A DNA stretch of 64,000 bases. It comes from Takakia lepidozioides (Eukaryota; Plantae; Bryophyta). Shown here one piece after another: positions 25,046 to 36,894 of the stretch. The DNA is taken from NCBI GenBank assembly GCA_030704615.1, contig CM060731.1, forward strand, positions 3,844,001 through 3,908,000, written 5' to 3'. The notes below the pieces were generated by a model. The model saw only the letters and a list, made by a program, of their open reading frames with translations, did no database searches and was not told where the DNA came from. The translations under genes were made by a program, and so were the position numbers. Positions within the stretch are counted from its first letter, which is position 1. The number at the start of each line of letters is the position of its first letter.

Positions 25046-25909
25046 AACAAGCGAAGTATGCAAAAAGGCAGCCCACTTTGAACATGAGGCTACAAAGGAA
25101 GTTTTTCTTAGTATTTGGTAAGCAAATAATAAAGATGTAAGAGGACAAAGAATTGTCATTGAACTACCCATGGTGATGATCACAGTTCACGCTTGGTTAT
25201 GGAACAGCAGCAGGGTGACCTTATTGCAGAGCATGTTTTCTAGGATTGCAGGGAAAGAATACACAGGGAAGGGAGTGACAGGGGGCACCAAACAGTTGTT
25301 CGCAGCTAGTCCTACTCATCAAAGAGCGGGACAGATGATAGCACACAAGGCACTGATGTGCCACAGGGCACCTGAAAAGGTTTAGGTGTAGTGCAATTGG
25401 CCTTTCTGAGCCTTGCTCAATGCAACACAACTGGTTTAGTCAGTCTTCACAAAGAACTGTGCTTCTTGCCACAAATGTCCGAGATGCTCATTGCTTGGCT
25501 TGTGTCTTATTCATTGAGCTCTGACTAGATTCCATGTGTGTGATGGCTGGCCGTTGCTCAACTGTCATATATGCAGTAGATTTGTCTTGTGCCCAAATCC
25601 TGGATCAAATCCTATGATCATGATGGCTCAAAAGATCTTTGGTTTGGCAACAGATGGTCTTACAGCACATTGGCTTGGCACAAATGGTATCTCAAGATGT
25701 GGTGTGGATGGTGCTTCAGTGTATGTGTGCCTGGATGACCGCTAAAAAGTTTACTTCATGTTCTCTCTAGCAAGTCACACTGTAGTGCGATCGCAGCCCG
25801 AAAGCAAGTTACATGTACAGGATCTGCAACTTATACCTCAGTCCTTTCCTCTACAAAACAAATGCAACAAGGAGCCACTCCATCTCCACTCAAACAAGGA
25901 ACAAAGAAG

Positions 25910-27315
25910 TGACACTCCATCTCCTTGATACATGTTTGACCGCTCAGTGTCAAAGTTCTAAACATCGGCTTTTCGTCGTGAAGCCGCTCTCTTAACCAAC
26001 CACGACATCCACCAACATTTTGTGATGCACATAATGATCCACCTACTCAACCACCAACCTTTTGTGATGCACCTAATGATCCATCTACTCAACCACCTAC
26101 TAAGCCATATCCACCATCTACCTTTTGATGCACCTGCTGGTCCAGCTACTCATCTACTTAGTACTGATCCAGCTTGATGCACCTAATGATCGGTAATGAT
26201 CCACCTACTCATCCAGCAGAATCCACCTATTGATCCAGCTATTGAAGTGAGCTATATATATTGGATTAGAACATTTGGCATTGGAAGGTGCAAGAGATTC
26301 GGGATATTATGCCAAATCGATTGTCTCTATGCACACATGATATCGTGGAGATCGTGTACACTTAGTTACTGAAAGTAGAAGCATACTTAAGTAGAAGCAT
26401 TGAGTACGAAGACAAATCTTGAGACAAACAAGGCCACTCTGGCCACTCTTGGGGAGGGGTTAAACAGAATCAAGCAGGAGGTAGACCGGTTTTGTCATCC
26501 ATACAAGACTATGGAATCTGAAGAGGAGGTGATTGAACTCATGGACAACTATGAAAGCTTCGGCTCATCTGTGCTCATCTGAGAAAGAAATATAGCAAGG
26601 AGAAAATAAAATTGTGGCACAAGTGAAAGCTTGGGAAGCAGAATTTGTTACTTACCGAAATGAGCTCATTCAGCAGAAGGTTGCTATGACGAATTGAACT
26701 CCAAAATGAGCTCATTTTGGTAAGAAACAAACTCTGCTTCCCATGCTTTCACATGTGCCAAAAATTATTTTCTACTTTGCTATATGTCTTTCTCTAGCGT
26801 GTGCAAATGATCAAAGAGAGCTTCAAGGTCGTATTCGAAGTTGTCATAGTTGTCCATGGGTTCAATCACCTCCCCCTCAGAGTCCATAGTGCTGTATGGA
26901 TGACAAAACCGGTCTACTTACCTCCTGCTCGATTCTGTTCAACCTCTTGGCCTTGTTTGTCTCAAGATTTGTCTTCGATGATTCTGCTTTCAATAACTGT
27001 AAAAGAGGTTCTCCTACAACATCTAGAGGTGACAAGGATGTGTCTAAGGCCATAGGGAAGAGAATGGTAGATAAGGGAGAACGATAGAAGAGGAGGAGAA
27101 GCGGAAAGAGAATGAGATAGATAGGAGAAGGAGGAGGAAAGGAGCGACACTCAAAGAACACTGCATAAGGTTGCTATGACCAAGGACTATGACTTCACAG
27201 ATTGCGTTTGAGGATGCAAAGAAGCGACACTCCATTTCCTTGATACATGTTTGATCGCAGTGTCAAAGTTCTAAACATCGGCTTTTCTTCGTGAAGCCGA
27301 TCTCGTTAACCAACC
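25910..27315. repeat. Composite repeat: ~90-bp direct repeats enclosing a minisatellite and a ~270-bp-arm inverted repeat
   Basis: gacactccat.tccttgatacatgtttga...taaccaacc at 25910-26001 and 27226-27315; gatgcacctaatgatccacctactca repeats at 26020-26240; inverted arms 26407-26670 / 26705-26977. Confidence 0.85.
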
Positions 27316-27503
27316 GCGAGAAGACTCTCGTAAAATTCAAACACGACTCTCTTGCCGTGATGAAAAATGTCAGAGAGATTTGTGCATGCACTGTTGTGAG
27401 ACTTTGAATTGTCTATTCTTCGAGTATGCAACCCACAATGTTAGTAGCACACGAGGCGAGGTTGCTCTCTTGTGCCTGCACTGCATGCTTCTCTCTCACA
27501 GGG

Positions 27504-28665
27504 ATGATGGCAATGGGCTCGCATGCTCGTCAGCGTGCGCAGGGAGAGGCCATACCGAAGGTCCTGATCTCCCTTTGCGGTGGATGGGTGGGAGGCGTCA
27601 CGTCATGCAGCGGGTTGACAGGCCAGGCTGTGGAGCTGAAATGGGCATCCGAGTCTGCAATGCCATGCGCAACACCCTTGCATGCGATTTCGGCCCCGTC
27701 TCCCGGGAAAGCAAAGGAAGGTATGAAAGTGCAGCTCTTTACGGATTTTTAAGGTCTCGAACTTGGGTGCGCTCGGACCTTCATATGATTGTCCTTATAC
27801 CCTACCTGCAAATGCTACACTCCTTTCGATCGATCAGACAAGGGCTGTAAACAAATTTGGGTTCAATCGAGACCATCATCTATCTGAGTGTTCTGTTTGT
27901 TTTCTGTACCTTAATGGCATCTGTGAGATAGATTTTTCTTTGCATGGCCTTGAATCAATCCTTAGGATTAATTGACAAGTAGTTTACATAGTAGTTGAAT
28001 GAGGTGCAGTCATGCTGACAAGCTGTCACTGCCTGTCAAATGTGATGAAGAGCTTGTACTGGGAAGACTGCACTAGCAGAGATCTGCTAAAGAGGTGTTT
28101 GCATGCAGGCCACACAATAAGCGCAGAATGGCTATGGGAGGAATTAATGTCAGATCCTTCCCAGTGGTGGGACAACAGGTCCGACAAGGTGAGGCTATCT
28201 CTATTGTTGCCTGGTCATTTCTAGTTTCTACTCTCAAGAGGACTTTGGTTTGCTTATGAATGACGCTGGTATTTGAAGTGATCTTGCAGACGAGTTGATT
28301 CTCTAGGTCATCTTATGAATGACAATTCAGATCTGACCTGAGGCTTCTTCTTGCTGGGTCAGTTAATTTCTACACCACGGTATCATTGAAGCTTGTCAGT
28401 TCCTTGTTGTGGCATGTTGTGTGAAGCAATGCTTGTGGAGCTTTGGTGGTTACAGCCTGGTTGATATGAGGCTGTGGTTAAAGTTTCGCTGCTCAACTGC
28501 ACCCCGTTGGCTTTTTACAGAAGAAGCCAAGTTCAGGAGACTTCAGACATAAGTGCAGAAAGGAAGCCCTTTGGATTGAGACATTGCATTGTACTGATGG
28601 TATTGAAAACTAGAGAATGAGGAACGTCCATGTGCACCATGCTTCTCCTGGTAAAAATGCAGCGG
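27504..28665 (+). CDS. Upstream exons of PPR paralogue 2: leader exon plus OSB-type PDF motif exons
   Basis: Exons 27504-27720 (phase 1), 28109-28188 (HTISAEWLWEELMSDPSQWWDNRSDK), and from 28521 (KKPSSGDFRHKCRKEALWIE...). There is an in-frame TAG at 28611-28613 unless the GT at 28600 is used. Confidence 0.65.
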
Positions 28666-28874
28666 GTATTGGTTTCATTAATTAAAGAGTTGCAACTGAA
28701 GCAGATATAATTGGTACGGTTTATCTACATGCACGTGACTAGTAGAATTTCAAGGCTATAAGACTACTGTCAACGACATCAGGAATCTTGTGGCAAGTAG
28801 CCTATCGTCATGGAACTTTGTAGTGTTATGACCATGTCAAGTATGCGCAGAATTTTGTAACTAAAAGTTGAGTC

Positions 28875-31418
28875 ATGCAGGAAGCAGGGTTGAATCAGGC
28901 ACAGGTGTTTGCGGGACGTCATGCTGGTGGCAGGGGTAGCATCTCCAGCACTTCTTTTGAAAGAATACCTAGGGTGGCCATCGACAAGATCTCTTCTGGC
29001 ACTTGTGGGGATGTGCAGAGACTATGTAAGACGGGACAATTGAAAGCTGCACTGCAAATTTTGAACCATGGAGGGATTCGAGCAGACTGCAATACATATG
29101 TCTGCATCTTGCAGGAGTGCATCAATACGAGAGGCCTAGCAGAGGGCAAGCAAGTGCATGCCCACATTATACAAAGTCGATTAAAGCTGAACACATTTCT
29201 ACTCAACACCCTTCTCAACATGTATGCTAAGTGTGGTAGTGTGGTGGATGCATGCCAAGTGTTTGACAAAATGCCTGAACGAGATATATTTACATGGAAT
29301 ATAATGATAGCTGGATACGCCAAGCACAAGTGTGGTAAGGAGGCTTTCAAGATCTATAAGCAAATGCAACAGGAAGGGGCTGTGCCAGACAGGGTAACAT
29401 TCACTTCAGTGCTGAATGCATGTGCCATCCTCGGAGCACTGGAAAGGGGGAAAGAGGTCCATGATGATATCATGAAATCTGGAATTGCACCAGACATCAT
29501 TTTGGAAACTGCCATTCTTGCCATGTATGCCAAATGTGGGAGCATGAAGGATGCACGTCAAGTGTTCAACAGTATGGCTCAACGAAACGTGGTCTCATGG
29601 AATGCCATGATCGCTGGATGTGCTCAGCATGGACATGGTGGGGAGGCTCTGGACCTTTATGAGCAATTGCAACCGGAAGGGGTGATGCCAGACAAGGTCA
29701 CATATACGTGTGCTCTGAATGCGTGCGCCAGCTTAGGTGTTCTGGACAAGGGCAAAACAGTCCATGGACAGATTGACAAAGCTGGACTTGGGTCACATAT
29801 AGATTTGGAAAATACCCTTATTGACATGTATGCCAAATGTGGGAGCATGAAGGATGCACGCAAAGTGTTTGACAATATGGCGAAACGGAATGTGGTCTCA
29901 TGGAACTCTATGATCAGTGGATATAATCAGCATGGGGGTACTGGGAAGGGTTTCGAGATCTATGAGCAGATGCAACGTGAAGGGGTTACACCGAACAGGA
30001 TCACGTTCATTTGCGTCCTCAATGCGTGTGCCAGTGCAGGAACCCTGGGAAAGGGTAAGGAGGTGCATGCTGATATCATCAAGAGTGGAATTGTGCCAGA
30101 TATTATCCTGCATACAGCCCTTGTTGACATGTATGCTAAATGCGGGAGTATGGAGGGTGCGCGTCACGTGTTCAACACAATGACTGGCCGAGATGTGGTC
30201 TCATGGAGTGCAATGATCACAGCATGTGCCCAACATGGGTGTGGTAAGGAGGCTTTTGAGGTCTATGAGCAAATGCAAGAGGAAGGGATCATGCCTGACA
30301 GGGTCACATTCATCTGCATTCTTAATGTGTGTGCCAGCCTGGGTGCTCTGGAAAAGGGCAAGGAGGTCCTTGCGGACATCAGCAAAAGTGGGATTGTGCC
30401 AAACATTATTCTTGAGAATACAGTTGTTGACATGTATGCCAAATGCGGGAGCATGATGGATGCATGGCAAGCATTCAATAAGATGGGTAGACGGAATGTC
30501 ATTTCATGGAGTGCAATGATTGCAGGATGTGCCCAGCATGGGTGTGGCAGGGAGGCAGTGCAACTATTTGAGAAAATGCAACAAGAAGGTGTGAAGCCGA
30601 ACAGTATCACCTTTATATCTCTTCTCTCTGCATGCAGCCATGGGGGCCTGGTGGATGAAGGTTGTCGGTATTTTTATTCCTTGAGTCGTGATCATGGCCT
30701 CACTCCTACAAAGGAGCATTTTGGCTGCATGGTGGACCTTCTTGGTCGTGCAGGGCAATTTGATGAGGCAGAGAAGTTTGTTAATGAAATGCCAATTAAA
30801 CCAGATGTTGGTGTGTGGATATCCTTGCTTGGTGCATGCAGAATTCATCGCAATGTGGAGGTAGCAGAACGTGTCTCAAAAAGCATTATGGAGTGTGATC
30901 CACAGCAGGCTGGAGCTTTTGTGCTGCTATCAAATATCTATGCTGCGGCTGGCAGGTGGGATGATAAAGCAAGGATGAGAAAACTTATGGAGGACAGAGG
31001 TGTAAGAAAGGAGCCAGGGCTAAGCTGCATTGAGGTTGACAAACGGGTGCATCGATTCGTTGTAGAAGACAATGTGCACCCACAAATCATCGAAATCCAT
31101 GCCGAGCTGAAGAGATTGGCTGTACAGATGGAGGCGGCTGGGTATGTGCCTGACATGCGCTTTGTATTACATGATTTGGAGGAGGAAAAGGAATTTTCTC
31201 TTTGCCACCATAGTGAGAGGCTGGCCATTGCTTTTGGGCTCATCAGAATATCCCCAGGGACGCCTATCCGCATCATCAAGAACCTCCGTGTGTGTGGTGA
31301 CTGCCATGCCGCCACCAAGCTCATCTCCAAAATTGTTGGCCGGACAGTTGTTGTGAGGGATGCCAAGCGCTTTCACCACTTCAAAGATGGGGTTTGCTCT
31401 TGTGGGGATTACTGGTGA
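28875..31418 (+). CDS. PLS-E-DYW PPR protein, C-to-U RNA editing factor type (paralogue 2)
   Basis: 847-aa ORF with PLS triplets, PG box [24 protein letters not shown], and terminal CSCGDYW. Confidence 0.96.
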   Translation: MQEAGLNQAQVFAGRHAGGRGSISSTSFERIPRVAIDKISSGTCGDVQRLCKTGQLKAALQILNHGGIRADCNTYVCILQECINTRGLAEGKQVHAHIIQSRLKLNTFLLNTLLNMYAKCGSVVDACQVFDKMPERDIFTWNIMIAGYAKHKCGKEAFKIYKQMQQEGAVPDRVTFTSVLNACAILGALERGKEVHDDIMKSGIAPDIILETAILAMYAKCGSMKDARQVFNSMAQRNVVSWNAMIAGCAQHGHGGEALDLYEQLQPEGVMPDKVTYTCALNACASLGVLDKGKTVHGQIDKAGLGSHIDLENTLIDMYAKCGSMKDARKVFDNMAKRNVVSWNSMISGYNQHGGTGKGFEIYEQMQREGVTPNRITFICVLNACASAGTLGKGKEVHADIIKSGIVPDIILHTALVDMYAKCGSMEGARHVFNTMTGRDVVSWSAMITACAQHGCGKEAFEVYEQMQEEGIMPDRVTFICILNVCASLGALEKGKEVLADISKSGIVPNIILENTVVDMYAKCGSMMDAWQAFNKMGRRNVISWSAMIAGCAQHGCGREAVQLFEKMQQEGVKPNSITFISLLSACSHGGLVDEGCRYFYSLSRDHGLTPTKEHFGCMVDLLGRAGQFDEAEKFVNEMPIKPDVGVWISLLGACRIHRNVEVAERVSKSIMECDPQQAGAFVLLSNIYAAAGRWDDKARMRKLMEDRGVRKEPGLSCIEVDKRVHRFVVEDNVHPQIIEIHAELKRLAVQMEAAGYVPDMRFVLHDLEEEKEFSLCHHSERLAIAFGLIRISPGTPIRIIKNLRVCGDCHAATKLISKIVGRTVVVRDAKRFHHFKDGVCSCGDYW

Positions 31419-31764
31419 AACAAGCTACATGTGTAAAAGCAAATGTGCCAGTTCGAATGTAAGGGACGGGTCAATATCTGTGCTTAAAAACGAAAAACCA
31501 CAGAGTTAAACAGGGTGCCCGTGAATGCACCACAGTCATGTATCATAATCAAACAGCAGAGCAGTGAAGTCACAGAAATGTCATTGCAAAAGATTTGTTG
31601 ACAATGTGGAGAGAGCAGTAGACACGAAGAATAGTCATATGAGGGGTTGAAAGTATTTGCACCAGAGTCGAACAACTGGATCCCGATGCAGGGAGACACC
31701 TATTACTCCTACATGCCACCATAGCTGGACAAAGTTTGCAATCAACAACTCTCTACTATGGTTC

Positions 31765-32228
31765 CAAAGTATTAGGCCGGTCTTGGAGTGCGCATCTGCT
31801 GTGTGGTTCGACAATTCCATCCATGCTAAATCTCTAGAATCCATTCAGGTCGTGGTGTTTAAAGAAAGCATGTCAGCTTGTTCTAGAACAGCTAATGTGG
31901 CTGTTCGGGGTGAGTTCCGCACACCTCCATTAAGCTCTCGACCTGATGAATTCACGGTCAGATGGTGTTGTCGGTTGACATTGTCTCTCACCACAGAGTA
32001 ACCCTCTTCAGAATGATCAAGAAATTGTTCCTGCACCTCTGTTCACCAACTTTGAAAATCACGTGTTGGGGTCTAGCTTTTGGGCAACTCACATGTGCAG
32101 GGTTTGCTAGATAAGCCTCACTACCGGAGTGAGCCCCTCACAAAGGTAGTGTCGGTTCCCTCTAGTTCCACCCAAACTGGGCACCGGATCTATGGCCACA
32201 AGACTGCGGCAAACAACGTCTTATTACT
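31765..32228 (+). mobile_element. Older, internally deleted copy of the same non-LTR family
   Basis: IRPVLECASAVWFDNSIHAKSLESIQVVVFKESMSACSRTANVAVRGEF is homologous to 22844..23260; same 3' terminus. Confidence 0.8.
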
Positions 32229-32710
32229 ATGGTTCCAATTGAGCTGTATGCAGAACCACACAAAGAAATGAAATGAAATGGTACTTTACGAAGAAATACA
32301 AGCTCCCGGCAGTATCTTGAGTCTAGTGACAGAGAAGACACTTGCAGCACATAGTCTGGAAATGCAAGAGCAGTGATACTATGAACAGCAGGATCACGCT
32401 TCAGTTTCTACTTGTCAAGATGGCTTCGCAAAGCGCTCCTCGCAATTGCTACAATGTAACGTCATTAGCCACTGCAGGTCATGTGAACTTCATTCTTTCT
32501 GCTTGGATCACCTAATGCGCACAACAAGACTAGCAACATTGTAGCACGCATGACATGTCCCCAAGCTATAGTGATGATCTCACACCAGAAAATTTGCAAA
32601 CGGCAGACTCTATTCCATGCTTCATCTGACAATCACTCTCTTGCGAGAAGCCACACCGAAGAAGATCTGAGTCTCGCTGTGACTCTACGGAGGCTTGATT
32701 CCATGTAGCA

Positions 32711-33297
32711 GATCGGCGGGCCACGCCATGGAACTGAAATGGACCTCCAGTTTGGCAATGCTGTGTCGAAGACCGTTGCAAGTGATGGCTATGACGCCTA
32801 CCCAGCCTCGATGGCAGCCGAAAGCAATCAGCCAGAAAGCCCTCTCGCAGGAATGCTTGTCAGCGTCTCCACAGTGGTGGCGGAACAGGTCTGAGAAAGT
32901 GGGGTCAGCTCGTTTTGTTCAGAAAGGCCCATGTTTAATTCGTGGACTGGATAGTCTTGATGATTCTGGTATATGGCGTGACAAGGCCGCAAAAGCAAAT
33001 CTTACTGTTGTTCTTCGTTGCTAGCAACTCACAGAGGAGATTGTTGAATGCTGTTGTTCCGCGTCATTTCAAAGATGCTTGCGCTTGGGTAGTTATAGCC
33101 TGGTCTAGGCAAAGTTGTAGTTCAAGCTATTTGACTGTAGACATAAGTCTACAATGGAGGTCCTCTGGATTGAGGGATGAGTGAGCCCTCCTTTGCTGAC
33201 AAGGGAGCGAACTGCCATGATACAATGTCAAATACGAATTTGGGGCTCTCTCTTATGTCAATGTTCACCATGGAACTCCAGGGGGAGAATACAACAG
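32711..33297 (+). pseudogene. Degenerate leader/PDF exons of PPR paralogue 3
   Basis: AMELKW...SPQWWRNRSEK|GT (donor 32899). Exon 33121-33297 reads FKLFDCRHKSTMEVLWIEG* (TGA 33178), then frameshifted VNVHHGTPGGEYNR|GT. Confidence 0.7.
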
Positions 33298-33511
33298 GTC
33301 TTATTTTGATGATGGTCCATGGGTTCCAACCGGAACAGATAGAAATGGTACAGTTTATCCTCCAAATTGATAAATGTAGTAATTTTCTACCTCGCAAATA
33401 TGCTAAGGAACAAGCAAGTCCTCAGAGGGAGATCGTAGTTGTAATTATCAACTAGCTGCCCGATATCTTGGAGTGTAAAGGTTGATAATCAAGATGTTTT
33501 ATTTGTGCAGG

Positions 33512-35926
33512 ATGGCAGGGTTGAATCAGGCACATTTGTCTGGTGGACATCAGGCTGGTGTCAGGAGAAGCACCTCAACCATCACCATTGGTTTTGATAG
33601 AGAACCAAGAGAGAGAATCAACAGTAGATATTTTCAGACTTGCGGGGATGTGAGAACAGTATGTGAGAGAGGACAACTGAAAGAGGCGCTGGACAACTTG
33701 AACCAGCAAGGCACTCAGGCAGATTCCAATACTTATGTCTCTGTCTTGAAGGAGTGCATAAAAATGAAGGACCTGGCAGAAGGAAAAGAGGTGCATGCGC
33801 ACATTATCCAAAGTGGGTTCAAGCCGAATATTGTTCTACTCAACACCCTTGTCAACATGTATGCAAAGTGTGGGAGTGTGGTGGATGCACGACAGGTATT
33901 TGACAAAATGCTTGAACGTGATATGTTTACATGGACTACAATGATAGGAGGATATGCCAAGCATGGGTATGGGAGGGAGGCTTTGAAACTGTATGAGCAA
34001 ATGCAACAAGAAGGGTTGGCACCAACCATGGTCACATTCATTTGTGTCCTCAATGCATGTGCCAGGCTAGGAGTGCTAGAAAAGGGTAAAGAGGTCCATG
34101 CCGACTTGGTGAAAGCTGGAATTGAGCCTGATGTCATGCTCGAGACTGCCCTGGCTGATATGTATGCTAAATGCAACAGCATGAAGGATGCACGTCAGGT
34201 GTTTGACAACATGACTCACCGAAATGTGGTTTCATGGAATGCTGTAATCACAGGATATGCTCAGCAGGGATGTGGTAAGGAGGCTTTAGAGATGTACAAT
34301 AAAATGCAACAGGAAAGGGTGGTGCCAGACAGAGTCACGTTCACATGCATTCTCCTTGCATGTTCCAAGCTAGGAGCCCTGACAAAGGGCAGAGAGGTCC
34401 ATGCTGATATCATCAAAGCTGGAATTGCCCCAGATGTCATTCTGGACACTGCCCTGGTTGACATGTATGCCAAATGTGCAAACTTGAGAGATGCTCGGAA
34501 AATGTTTGACAATTTGGCTAAACGAAATGTGGTCACATGGAATGCCATGATCACAGGATATGCTCAGCATGGCTGTTTTGACGAGGCGCTTGAGCTCTAT
34601 GTGCAGATGCAACGGGATGTGGTAACTCCAGATAGAGTTACATTTGTTTGCATTCTCAATGTGTGTGCCAGCCTAAGAGCCCTGGAAAAGGGGAAGTTGG
34701 TCCACGCTGACATTAGCAGAAGTCAAATTGCACCAGATATAATTCTAGACAATGCCCTTGTTGACATGTATGCCAAATGTGGGAGTATGAAGAATGCCCG
34801 ACAAGTTTTCAACAATATGGTTCGGCAAGATGTGGTCTCATGGAATGCCATGATTACAGGATATGCTCAGCATGGGCTTGGCAGGGAAGCTTTCGAGACG
34901 TACACCCAAATGCAACAGGAAAGGGTGAAGCCCAGTACTGTTACATTCATTTCCATTCTCAATGCGTGTGCCAGCCTAGGTGCCCTGGAAAAGGGAAAAG
35001 GGGTCCATGCTGACATCATCAAAGGTAGAATTGCATCATGTTTTGATTTGGAGACTGCCCTTGTTGACATGTATGCAAAATGTGGGAGCATAAAGGATGC
35101 ACGCAATGTGTTTGACACTATGGTGCAGCGGGATGTGGTCTCATGGACTGTGATGATTGGAGTATACGCCCAGCATGGGTGTGGTAGGGAGGCTTTCGAG
35201 ATCTATGAGCAAATGCAACTGGACGGGGTGACACCAAACAGGGTCACATTCACTTGCCTTCTCAAGGCGTGTGCCAGCCTAGGATCCCTTGAAAAGGTCA
35301 AAGAGGTCCTTGCTGACATTAGCAAATGGGGAATTGCACGAGATATCATCCTAGAGAACACCCTTCTTGACATATATGCCAAATGTGGGAGCATGGAAGA
35401 CGCACGTGAACTGTTTGATAATATGGCTCTACGAAATGTGCACTCCTGGAGTGCAATAATTGCTGGCTGTGCCCAGCATGGTCATGGTAAGGAGGCAGTG
35501 GAACTATTTGAACAAATGCAACGGGAAGGCTGTAAGCCGAACGGTATCACCTTTATATCTCTTCTGTTTGCTTGCGGCCATGGGGGTCTAGTGGACGAAG
35601 GCCGTCAGTACTTTAATTCCATGAGCCGAGATTATGGTGTTACTCCTACAATGGAGCATTTTGGCTGCATGGTGGACCTCCTTGGTCGTGCAGGCCGATT
35701 GGATGAAGCAGAAGATTTTATTTGTAGAATGCCAATTGAACCAGACGCTGGGGTGTGGATGGCCTTGCTCAGTGCCTGTAGAATTCATGGTGATGTGAAG
35801 GTAGCAGAACGTGCGGCAAGAAGCATTGTCAAGAGTGATCCACAGAATGCTGCAGCTCTTGCGCTGCTATCCAAGATCCATGCTGCAGCTGGCAGGTGGA
35901 ATAATGAAAGAAGATTAACAACATAA
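33512..35926 (+). CDS. PLS-class PPR protein (paralogue 3), truncated in E region; decayed DYW relic to ~36245
   Basis: ORF 33482..35926; acceptor tgcag|G ATG at 33511; 6 S-motifs; ends AAAGRWNNERRLTT*. Downstream EEQKELSL/HSE/TTKFIS remnants are out of frame. Confidence 0.92.
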   Translation: MAGLNQAHLSGGHQAGVRRSTSTITIGFDREPRERINSRYFQTCGDVRTVCERGQLKEALDNLNQQGTQADSNTYVSVLKECIKMKDLAEGKEVHAHIIQSGFKPNIVLLNTLVNMYAKCGSVVDARQVFDKMLERDMFTWTTMIGGYAKHGYGREALKLYEQMQQEGLAPTMVTFICVLNACARLGVLEKGKEVHADLVKAGIEPDVMLETALADMYAKCNSMKDARQVFDNMTHRNVVSWNAVITGYAQQGCGKEALEMYNKMQQERVVPDRVTFTCILLACSKLGALTKGREVHADIIKAGIAPDVILDTALVDMYAKCANLRDARKMFDNLAKRNVVTWNAMITGYAQHGCFDEALELYVQMQRDVVTPDRVTFVCILNVCASLRALEKGKLVHADISRSQIAPDIILDNALVDMYAKCGSMKNARQVFNNMVRQDVVSWNAMITGYAQHGLGREAFETYTQMQQERVKPSTVTFISILNACASLGALEKGKGVHADIIKGRIASCFDLETALVDMYAKCGSIKDARNVFDTMVQRDVVSWTVMIGVYAQHGCGREAFEIYEQMQLDGVTPNRVTFTCLLKACASLGSLEKVKEVLADISKWGIARDIILENTLLDIYAKCGSMEDARELFDNMALRNVHSWSAIIAGCAQHGHGKEAVELFEQMQREGCKPNGITFISLLFACGHGGLVDEGRQYFNSMSRDYGVTPTMEHFGCMVDLLGRAGRLDEAEDFICRMPIEPDAGVWMALLSACRIHGDVKVAERAARSIVKSDPQNAAALALLSKIHAAAGRWNNERRLTT

Positions 35927-36894
35927 TGGGAGGAGAGAGGGTCAGAAGGGACAAAGGACCTAGCTCCATGAGTGACCCATTCCTAGAAAGAGACAATTCA
36001 AGGATGCCCATACTGATAGTTAGGGCAGACAAACAGAGGCCAGGTACTTACGTTCCAAGCTTGTGGAGGAGCAAAAAGGAACTTTCGCTTTTGACCACAG
36101 TGAGATTCCGGATTCCCCTCAGCACGCCCTCATTTGCATTGTCAGAAACAATCGCCATACTACCACAAAGTTCATCTCAAGTTGCACAGGATCTGAAGCA
36201 CACTTTACACTTCCAAGACAGCAGCTGTGTTTGTGGGGTGGTAAAATGGGCACATGCATGATTGTGCACCGCGCCAAACTTCAGGTGAGTGTGGAGGTGT
36301 AATGATTGGTAATTGATTTGGCGGAAGATTCAAGTAAAATAAATAAGTTGTGAATTTGTGTGATTAAATGTGGCAGGCAGTACTGTACTTCTGGCTGCTC
36401 TGATGACAATTTCCGCAACTTCCGCGATGCAGGGCATTGTTATTGCAGAGGATTTGTCAAGGGTGGGCATGGAGCAAGCTATGGGCATCCCTGATCTAAA
36501 ACCTGGGAGCAATTATGACTGAATAATTGATGGGGTGGAGTGGGTTGGTGAGTGATAGAAAAGATGAAGAGAGAAAGGTGGAGAGAAGGGAAGAGGGAAG
36601 CAGGGGCAAGGGGCGGCGCCCGAATTGTAGAGCTATTTTGCAATTTTCGTTCTTTGGAGGATTTCATCCATATCCCACAAATGGACATGGATTTAATGTG
36701 TAACTGGTGTGCACAACACCCATTTCAGCACTCTGTTCAGGCCTTGCATGCTACCACAACATTTATAAAGGGAACTCCTAATCCTTCCCCAGATTTGAAC
36801 ACCGACCCCATGTTTTAAAGTGTGATTTTGTTTGCAACCTATCTTCTAATAAGCAGAACAATCTGCACACTTTCTTTGTTGCATGTTTCTGAGT

